From Macrostomum lignano (Eukaryota): a DNA stretch of 39,359 bases. The first letter of the stretch is position 1, and every line of letters starts with the position of its first letter. The position numbers were made by a program, and so were the translations under genes. Below, one piece after another: positions 29,038 through 36,307 of this stretch. Under the pieces are notes generated by a model that had not been told where the DNA came from, made no database searches, and saw only the letters and a program-made list of their open reading frames with translations. The stretch lies in NCBI GenBank assembly GCA_002269645.1, contig NIVC01004651.1, forward strand, positions 1 through 39,359, read 5' to 3'.

Positions 29038-29227
29038 GCAGGTGTCCACTGATACCTGTTATGTTCACTGACACTGACATCCACCCATAGCATGTTCGAA
29101 ACAATCAGAAAATAATCTGCATTCTTCTCCCCCCATTCAATCCGCAACGTGCTACCACATCCCAAAGACTTTAAATCATCAGCGCAGGGTCCTTACCCTT
29201 TGAAAAAAAATTAAATTCTCAATAAAA

Positions 29228-29464
29228 ATGTTTCCAGTTGTCTCTCCAGGTTCTTATTATACTCAGCCTAATCCATTGTACAAATCCAAGTACCGATGCA
29301 AACTAGAATGCAGCGAGTACATGAGAAAATATTGGCCCAACGTTGATATCAATGTCCCTAATATTAATCAAGCACTTAAATCTCACTGGTTTGAAAAACA
29401 CGGAGTAGTCATTAACGATTTTGACAGCTATTATAACTTTGCTGAAGTTAGAAGGCAGTTGTAG
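29228..29464 (+). CDS. Small viral hypothetical protein (78 aa)
   Basis: ATG in the TAAAAATG context shared with the other viral ORFs; no recognisable domain. Confidence 0.55.
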   Translation: MFPVVSPGSYYTQPNPLYKSKYRCKLECSEYMRKYWPNVDINVPNINQALKSHWFEKHGVVINDFDSYYNFAEVRRQL

Positions 29465-29525
29465 TTGCCAACTACAAGGATGTACCTCGCGGCTTATATC
29501 GTAATTTTACAAGTCTGAAGACGAC

Positions 29526-30383
29526 TCACATTCTCTCAATAATAATTGTTAGCACAAACTCTTCCCCGTTAAAATCGACACCAACTCCATCCTCTGTTTC
29601 AAACTGCAGAATGATTTCATGTATCTCTCTATTACTCAGAATCACTCTTTTCACGGGGTTTGGCTTTTGCACAAGCATTTTGCCACCAGCAACAGAGTTT
29701 GAAATGTTAAAAAGTATGTTGCTTCGTTTGCCCTTGAATATCCAATCATGGCTCAGATTGCTGCGAATTAATATATTCAAACCTTTGACAATGTCAGCGA
29801 TATTTGGCGCCAAGTACATACCGGATATTAGCCGGGACACAGCAACAGTGCCAGGCGCCTGCAGCGGGCTTTGGTCTGTGGCGCCACCATAAACTCTCTT
29901 TTCAAATCCCAACTCGCGATACCAAGTGCCATCTTTAAACTCTACCTCTGCGTCCTTATGAACTTGCAAGACAACTCTCATGACAGTTAGATCATAAGTT
30001 AATCTAACAGGGAACAGTTTATTTTCTGGTTTGCTTTCATCCGGTATCTCAAAATGCTTTCGTTTAGTGAAGACGTTCTCCAAGAAGTAATTATAAGTAT
30101 CCACGCTCTGTGTGCTGACAGGAAATATCACAACCTCTGTTGTAGTACGCTTCCATTTGTAATAAAACTTGTTATTTTCCGCTGTCACATTGGGAACATT
30201 TGACCACCCAGTGAAATCATTGAGATAGACGTGGTAATTCGCCTCGGGATCCAAACGAAGTGGTTGCTCCAATTTTTGAATGAAGATTCCGTTTGACTCA
30301 GTAATGCGACCCGCTACAGTGATTGGAATGCTCTCCTTAGAGTGTGAAACAATGTTGTTTAGTCTTTCGGCTATGGCTTCCAT
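29526..30383 (-). CDS. Minor capsid protein (penton, single jelly roll)
   Basis: Polinton mCP-like pattern LEQPLRL...NVPNVT..NNKFYY, ADI..LNILIRSNL and IHEIILQFET.DG..VDFNGE; adjacent to the MCP. Confidence 0.8.
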   Translation of the reverse strand: MEAIAERLNNIVSHSKESIPITVAGRITESNGIFIQKLEQPLRLDPEANYHVYLNDFTGWSNVPNVTAENNKFYYKWKRTTTEVVIFPVSTQSVDTYNYFLENVFTKRKHFEIPDESKPENKLFPVRLTYDLTVMRVVLQVHKDAEVEFKDGTWYRELGFEKRVYGGATDQSPLQAPGTVAVSRLISGMYLAPNIADIVKGLNILIRSNLSHDWIFKGKRSNILFNISNSVAGGKMLVQKPNPVKRVILSNREIHEIILQFETEDGVGVDFNGEEFVLTIIIERM

Positions 30384-30404
30384 TTTTTTATTGAAAAAAA
30401 TTAT

Positions 30405-31700
30405 TCAAACTTTACTAGACGAGTTGTTGATCATATTGACCTTGATCTTCCTCTCAAATGCATAGATAATAAACAGATCAACAGCCGTTGCGGCACCAAA
30501 TTCTTTCCGCTCGATATTAGTCACAATGTTAACAGGGCTATTGTCTGTAGGCATTTGTCTAGCAGTCACATCAACACCAAATATTGGATATAGTTTTTTA
30601 TACTGCAAGGTTGTCAAAACAATACCGTTATTCTCTTTGACAGCCAAGTCCGACAGTTCATTGTAAAACTTACTAATCTTGTTCTCCGAGAAATTCCCAT
30701 TTTGTGGCAATGCAGGGTATAAATTGTCACTGATCTCATGTTGAATCGATCGAATGTTTCCATGTAGATATCTACCTACATTAGTTGTATTCCTCATAGT
30801 GACAATAATGTACCTTGGATTGCTACAGGAGCCTTCTTTAATGCAAATATTGTGTCTTGCGTCATTCCGCTCATCTCTGCACATATAAGCTGTATAAGCA
30901 ACATCAATGTCTTTCTCAATCGCCTTCAAGTATTCAGCTTTGAGTGCAGTCTTGGGCTCAATAATTTCTAAGTACAGCTCCACGCCAGTTAGCTTAATCT
31001 CCATCGATGTATGATTGGCCCCCGACCAAATTCCTCTATTCCGATCATCTCTAGTCAGTCTAAATGTGTAGCTAAAGTTGCTTGTCAACCGATTGAAACT
31101 ATTACAGAAACCACTCATAAACCTCAAAGGTACAAAAATATCTACAGACCTAAACAGCGGATTCTTAGCAGCATCGTTCTCACCAGCAAGAGCATAGTTG
31201 TATCTCTCCTTTCTCTTTTTGTAACCAGGGTCATTCTCATCTCCTGTCTGTTCATTGGGGATGAATCCAGCACCGCTCCCCATCTGAATAAAATCCGGGT
31301 TCTCAATCAAGCACTGGGTATCATAGACCACACCAAAGTTTGCTATTCTTTCCAACTCTGTACTTCCATTGGACACATTAAACTCTTTGAACATATAAGC
31401 CCAGAAATTACTGGTTAGTGCGACATCCGCATTGTGTAGATCATCATTAGCATGAGCGGCGTCTGCGCCTCCTTTAGTTTTGAATTGAAACGTCATATAG
31501 AAGCCGCTCCTTAGACTGTGGACACTGACCAAAGACGAACATCCATTGTATGTGAATGTCAGTGTTTGGCCAGGACCAAGATTAGTTTCATTCTGATTTT
31601 CCTGACTGGGAACTCTTACCTGAGTCGCTTTGATTGTGCTATCATCACTCAAAATAGGCTTGTTAATTTTGTAGAAAACTGGTGTCAGTGGGTCGTTCAT
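30405..31700 (-). CDS. Major capsid protein (double jelly roll, 431 aa)
   Basis: Polinton MCP-like DDSTI, FVPLRFMSGF, FRLTR, PRYIIV, YPALP..NFS..ISKFYNEL and YKKLYPIFGVD; size and position fit. Confidence 0.85.
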   Translation of the reverse strand: MNDPLTPVFYKINKPILSDDSTIKATQVRVPSQENQNETNLGPGQTLTFTYNGCSSLVSVHSLRSGFYMTFQFKTKGGADAAHANDDLHNADVALTSNFWAYMFKEFNVSNGSTELERIANFGVVYDTQCLIENPDFIQMGSGAGFIPNEQTGDENDPGYKKRKERYNYALAGENDAAKNPLFRSVDIFVPLRFMSGFCNSFNRLTSNFSYTFRLTRDDRNRGIWSGANHTSMEIKLTGVELYLEIIEPKTALKAEYLKAIEKDIDVAYTAYMCRDERNDARHNICIKEGSCSNPRYIIVTMRNTTNVGRYLHGNIRSIQHEISDNLYPALPQNGNFSENKISKFYNELSDLAVKENNGIVLTTLQYKKLYPIFGVDVTARQMPTDNSPVNIVTNIERKEFGAATAVDLFIIYAFERKIKVNMINNSSSKV

Positions 31701-31730
31701 TTTTTAACTAAAAATAAAATAAAATAAGAA

Positions 31731-32945
31731 ATGAAGCGAAAAAGTACACAGCAGATATCTGAATTGGAGAAGCTAGCACAAGCAGAGAAACGAGTTACCG
31801 GGCTAATAAATAAGGAGCAACAATCCTACAATGAGTTTGTCCAAGCAGCCACCGAATTTCACAAACCCGGATACACAGAAGCGAAGAAAAACCTCGACAC
31901 TGTGAAGGAAGCAGTTGATGATATTCAAGAGAGCCACTTGCAAAATACATTGGGTAAAATCCCATCTTCACCAGGACAACCACAGGCTCAGGAACCAGGA
32001 CAACCAGTGCAGATGAAAGTGACGGATAACTTTTTTGGCCCCGTATTGGATGATGGAAAATATATTTTTGGAATTAGCGCCTGGCGAAAAAATATTACCG
32101 GGGAACCGGCGGATTACAACATTGAAGTGACAAAGGAAAATATTTTAATCAATAAAGGCGCAGAAACTAAACGAATCCCCTTCACTCAAAGTTTACTCGA
32201 CTACATGACTAAAAATCTAGAGAAAACGTCTAAAAAGCAGTTCGAAAATTACAAAGATCTTGTTACCTTCGCTTTAGAGAGGGATATAGATATGCTCAAG
32301 AACGACGGTGTTTTGAAAATTTTACATGAAAACGGGATTGTCTTGAACAGGTTTAAAAAATACAAATACTTTCAACAATGGTTTGGTTTGCCGGATCAAG
32401 AAGAGGTCATAAGACAACAACCACAACAACCACAGCCACAACAGCAGCAACCACAACAGCAGCAACCAAAACAACAACTACAACAACCACAACAGCAGCA
32501 ACCACAAACACAACCACAACCACAACAACCTCCACCGCCACAGCAACAAATCACACCCGAACAAGTACTAGAAGCACTTGAAAAAGCAGGGCCAAATGAG
32601 ATTTCCCAGTACAAAGATACAAACCCTGATACTTGGCGACAATTAGAGCGGCTCTCCCCAGAACGAATGAAGCGAATCAATGACAGAGTATTCACACCTC
32701 AACAAAGACAAGCGCCACATGACAGTTCCTCCTCTGACCAATCATTCGAATCACCTCCAAGCTCTTCCGGAAAAGGCATGCCTGAATTCTACAAGCGGTT
32801 AGCTGTTCTTCTAGGAGCGGCAAAGACCGGAATGAAAGACGAGAATAGAAAAGAATTTGTCAACATCCTGGACAAAATGCTTGAGAGAAAATATATCGAT
32901 AAAAGAGCAAGAGAACTTTTGCTTTCATGGTTTAACAAAAAATAA
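31731..32945 (+). CDS. Viral hypothetical protein (404 aa) with Q/P-rich insert and C-terminal helical motif
   Basis: Open 404-aa ORF. C-terminus LAVLLGAAKTG...EFVNILDKML resembles a conserved Polinton small-protein motif (from recall, not searched). Confidence 0.8.
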   Translation: MKRKSTQQISELEKLAQAEKRVTGLINKEQQSYNEFVQAATEFHKPGYTEAKKNLDTVKEAVDDIQESHLQNTLGKIPSSPGQPQAQEPGQPVQMKVTDNFFGPVLDDGKYIFGISAWRKNITGEPADYNIEVTKENILINKGAETKRIPFTQSLLDYMTKNLEKTSKKQFENYKDLVTFALERDIDMLKNDGVLKILHENGIVLNRFKKYKYFQQWFGLPDQEEVIRQQPQQPQPQQQQPQQQQPKQQLQQPQQQQPQTQPQPQQPPPPQQQITPEQVLEALEKAGPNEISQYKDTNPDTWRQLERLSPERMKRINDRVFTPQQRQAPHDSSSSDQSFESPPSSSGKGMPEFYKRLAVLLGAAKTGMKDENRKEFVNILDKMLERKYIDKRARELLLSWFNKK

Positions 32946-32961
32946 ATTTCTATTTAAAAAG

Positions 32962-33342
32962 ATGCCAATTATTTTCGAAAAAGACATTGACAAATACTAC
33001 GACAAAGAGGAACTTAATCTCATTAAACGCGGATCTGGACTTTTCCCTGCAGGCCACTATCCAAGAAAAGAACGTTCTGGGAACGGTCTTGCCGATTTGA
33101 TCGCTCAAGGGGCCAAGATTTTTAAGGTCATTGGAGAGAACAAAGAGAACATCAAGAACGTTGCCGAAGCGGCCGGTAGTGTAGCCACAGCAGCCAAAAA
33201 GATTAAAGATACGGTTCATGAAACCCGGAAATCAATACCAGATATTCAACCCCTTGCACCGAGTGCAGATAGTGTCGATCCAGCCATCTACGCAAAGATG
33301 AGAGCTGAATATAAGAAAGGAGGCGGTTTTAAATTTGACTAA
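32962..33342 (+). CDS. Small virion/core protein candidate (126 aa) with GxG motifs and an amphipathic helix
   Basis: ATG at 32962 after TAAAAAG. Contains KRGSG, RSGNG, GLADLIAQGAKIFKVI and a C-terminal KKGGG. Confidence 0.75.
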   Translation: MPIIFEKDIDKYYDKEELNLIKRGSGLFPAGHYPRKERSGNGLADLIAQGAKIFKVIGENKENIKNVAEAAGSVATAAKKIKDTVHETRKSIPDIQPLAPSADSVDPAIYAKMRAEYKKGGGFKFD

Positions 33343-33389
33343 TTTGGTGCACCCTGACGGTAAAAGAGGTGTGAGGGTGTAGGACTAGT

Positions 33390-33478
33390 CGAAAAAAGAC
33401 ACACACAACCCGAAAAAAGACACACACATCCCACAAAGAGACACACACATACACATCCCGAAAAAAGACACACGCGTC
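33390..33478. repeat. ~21-bp CGAAAAAAGACACACAC repeats (4 imperfect copies) upstream of the ATPase
   Basis: Direct reading. Confidence 0.85.
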
Positions 33479-33522
33479 TTAAATACACAAGTTTAAAAAG
33501 AAAAAGTTTTTTTACATAAAAA

Positions 33523-34323
33523 ATGGACTTCACAAACGACTTTCATCCCCACTGGACACGCAATCAGATAAAATTTGCTCACAACGAGATAATTCCAGGG
33601 CACTTCCGATGCATTGTTGTTGGCTCATCTGGGTCAGGGAAAACCTTCAGAGTTTTTAACATGCTCCTCAGACCTGGATTCCTCGATTATGACACACTAC
33701 ATATCTATTCACCCACTCTGTATCAAGATGAGTATAAAATGCTAGTAGCGGGCCTACAGAACAAACTCAACAAGGAAGATATTATTCAATGTTTTAGACA
33801 TCAAAAAGACCTCAACAGCAACCCGGAAGTTGTAGCCACTGAATACGCAAAGCACATCCCAGACAATGAAAAATGGCAAAATATTAAAGTTTTCACTTAT
33901 GGAGATCCACAGATAGATCCTAAAACTAAACTCTTACCTCAACCTGATGAACTAGAAAAGGGGAGAAAGCACCTGATTGTCTTTGATGACTGCATGACCG
34001 GTCCCCAGAAACAGATAGAAAATTATTTCACCCGGGGTAGACACAATAACTGCAATGTTATTTACATTGCCCAAAACTGGTTTGAACTGCCAAATAAAAC
34101 AATTAGAGGTAACTGTAATTTGATTCTCCTTTTCCCAACCATACCACAGGATCGACTGAAACGATTTTATAATGAAGTCATTGCCCCAGCTCACATTACA
34201 TATCCAGCTAAGAACTCTAACAGAACAATATCACAGGAGGAATTTGTTAACATATGCTATGAAAAGTGGAACCAACCTTATCAGTTTGTCATGATTAATA
34301 AGGAGAAAAGAATTTTAATTTAA
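33523..34323 (+). CDS. A32/FtsK-like DNA packaging ATPase
   Basis: Walker A VVGSSGSGKT, Walker B LIVFDDC, FTRGRH arginine-finger motif and IYIAQ sensor. Confidence 0.93.
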   Translation: MDFTNDFHPHWTRNQIKFAHNEIIPGHFRCIVVGSSGSGKTFRVFNMLLRPGFLDYDTLHIYSPTLYQDEYKMLVAGLQNKLNKEDIIQCFRHQKDLNSNPEVVATEYAKHIPDNEKWQNIKVFTYGDPQIDPKTKLLPQPDELEKGRKHLIVFDDCMTGPQKQIENYFTRGRHNNCNVIYIAQNWFELPNKTIRGNCNLILLFPTIPQDRLKRFYNEVIAPAHITYPAKNSNRTISQEEFVNICYEKWNQPYQFVMINKEKRILI

Positions 34324-34339
34324 TTTTTCATTTAAAAAA

Positions 34340-35065
34340 ATGTCTATTAATTTTGCAGGTGAGTCAACTACAAGCAACAGCACTCTCACAACTTCCTTCC
34401 TTGATAAGCGCTACATTAACACTGATGAGGAGATCCCAGAGATCAAACTGAATAAAAACAGACTGAAAACCCTAGAGCGCTCCATGCACCAGTTGCAAAT
34501 GAACATGGAAGATCTCAGGCTTAAAGTAGCTAGACAGAAGTTTGACAGTGATAAGCTTTATGTGCCGTTGTTAAACGCAACTAATGAACTAAGGTCAGAA
34601 ATAACTTCGATAGTCTCGCTAATCAACAGCTTAAGATCGACAATTAATCTTCTGAGAAATTCCACTGATAGACGGATGCGTATTCTTGAAGGAGGAGTTT
34701 TCGCAAACACAGCTAAAGTGAGGAATTTAGAAGAGTTCATGAACCAGTCAACAGCGTTGCATGATAGAATTAAAGAAAACATCGCAACCAACACAGTTAA
34801 AGTGAGGAATTTAGAAGAGTTCATGACTCAGTCAACAGCGTTGCATGATCAAATCAAAGTAAGAATTACTGCAATTAAAGTCTTTGTAGATTTAGTTTTT
34901 ACCGAATGGCAGAAATCGGTGAGAAGAATCGGTCGTCTTGAACGCTTGCATAATCTCAAAAACATTGACGCTGAAGAGGCACCACAGACCTGCACAAGGG
35001 AAACAAGTGATCCAACCGACTTGTTTGAGATCATGCGTAGAATGGAGCTCACAGATAATGAATAG
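34340..35065 (+). CDS. Viral coiled-coil protein (241 aa), possible fibre/spike
   Basis: Heptad-rich open ORF with an 84-nt internal duplication; TAAAAAAATG start. Confidence 0.75.
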   Translation: MSINFAGESTTSNSTLTTSFLDKRYINTDEEIPEIKLNKNRLKTLERSMHQLQMNMEDLRLKVARQKFDSDKLYVPLLNATNELRSEITSIVSLINSLRSTINLLRNSTDRRMRILEGGVFANTAKVRNLEEFMNQSTALHDRIKENIATNTVKVRNLEEFMTQSTALHDQIKVRITAIKVFVDLVFTEWQKSVRRIGRLERLHNLKNIDAEEAPQTCTRETSDPTDLFEIMRRMELTDNE

Positions 35066-35173
35066 GCAGATTCAGAGACCTGTTGCCGTCACTGCAGACG
35101 AAGCAATCAACCGTAAAACAAATCTAACCACCACCAACTAGTTGCCGATTTTTTTTTAAAAATTCCCTAAAAA

Positions 35174-35818
35174 ATGGATGCTCAAAATTCTCTTTATGAT
35201 CCGAACGCTCCCACAACACCTAGTGCACCTAGTGCACCCCAATATGAGCAACAAAAACTCTACCCCGTCATTACTTGTAACTCTCAGCAGTTTCGACTAG
35301 TGGAGATTCAAAAAATGCGAGATGATCTTGAAAAAAATATTTTCCACAACACAAAGAAAATTAAGCGCTATGACAGCCACTGTAAATTTTTCGACTACAG
35401 CAATATGATTCTAGGATCTGTGTGTGTTCTAACTGGGTCTGCTGCAGCTGTCTCAGTGTTGCCAGTCATCACAGCCCCAATCGCAATCCCGCTCGGCTCT
35501 GCTGGTGCTGCATGTGGACTTATTTCAGCAATTACTGGAGCATTAGCGCGAAACAGGCGAAAAAAACTAAAGCAGCTACAGGAGAAGCAAGTAAAAGAGA
35601 AAGGGGTGCACACTTCAATCATAGGGTACATTTCAAGGGCAATCGAGGATAAGTTCATTTCAGAGGATGAGTTCAAAACCATTCAGGATCTTTATGAACA
35701 ATCAATTCGAATGAACTTGAACATGGTCGGTACTGATGACATGAGTCAGCTGAGAAATGAACTCGAGAAAGTTCTTCAACATTATGCGGAAAGAAAGTCG
35801 GCAAGAAATGCACAATGA
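35174..35818 (+). CDS. Viral membrane-associated protein (214 aa) with a small-residue hydrophobic hairpin
   Basis: Hydrophobic MILGSVCVLTGSAAAVSVLPVITAPIAIPLGSAGAACGLISAITGALA, followed by basic RNRRKKLK and ISRAIEDKFISEDEF. Confidence 0.78.
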   Translation: MDAQNSLYDPNAPTTPSAPSAPQYEQQKLYPVITCNSQQFRLVEIQKMRDDLEKNIFHNTKKIKRYDSHCKFFDYSNMILGSVCVLTGSAAAVSVLPVITAPIAIPLGSAGAACGLISAITGALARNRRKKLKQLQEKQVKEKGVHTSIIGYISRAIEDKFISEDEFKTIQDLYEQSIRMNLNMVGTDDMSQLRNELEKVLQHYAERKSARNAQ

Positions 35819-35822
35819 ACCC

Positions 35823-36224
35823 CTATGAAACACAGGTACGAATAATTTCCTTGTAGGTCTTTCGTGTTTTGGTCATTGCATACAAAACAGTCATGCACAG
35901 CTCACCGCAAATATCACTGCTAAGACCTTGGAGAATAAAGTCTGAGCGATAAATTTTTTTATTATTTTTCCCCTTCATATAATTTCTTAGCTCTTCTGGT
36001 ACTGCCGTCCCATAGCTATCGAAGTAATAACACTTGTGCTTGCGATCGGGATCAATCACCCAGCAAACCCAATGAGATCCTGGCTTATCAGTGCTGTCAA
36101 AGTTCATGATGCCGCATTCCTTTCTTAGAGGAAAATCAGGCAGAGTGTCCCTCATAAATATTCCTCTAAAGTTTGGGATTTCCAGTTCGTTAGCCAAATC
36201 TTCAAGAAAGTTATTTGTCGTCAT
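35823..36224 (-). CDS. Adenain-like (C5) cysteine protease, 133 aa
   Basis: GSHWVCW (His), YYFDSYG (Asp) and LQG..SDICG (Gln/Cys). ATG at 36224 in a TAAAAATG context. Confidence 0.92.
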   Translation of the reverse strand: MTTNNFLEDLANELEIPNFRGIFMRDTLPDFPLRKECGIMNFDSTDKPGSHWVCWVIDPDRKHKCYYFDSYGTAVPEELRNYMKGKNNKKIYRSDFILQGLSSDICGELCMTVLYAMTKTRKTYKEIIRTCVS

Positions 36225-36307
36225 TTTTATGTTATTTTTATGAGGTTTAATAAACTTTCTCTTAAACCTAAACCTAAACTCCACCTCCTAAACCCAACCT
36301 CAACCTC

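Noticed and set aside
32396-32695. Cys-rich metallothionein-like minus-strand ORF
   Set aside because: Antisense translation of the CAA/CCA Q/P tract.
32857-32961. Upstream non-ATG extension of the 126-aa viral ORF
   Set aside because: It overlaps the previous gene; the ATG at 32962 has the shared viral start context.
36225-36284. N-terminal extension of the protease
   Set aside because: Non-ATG start inside a repeat; the ATG at 36224 fits the motif and the expected size.
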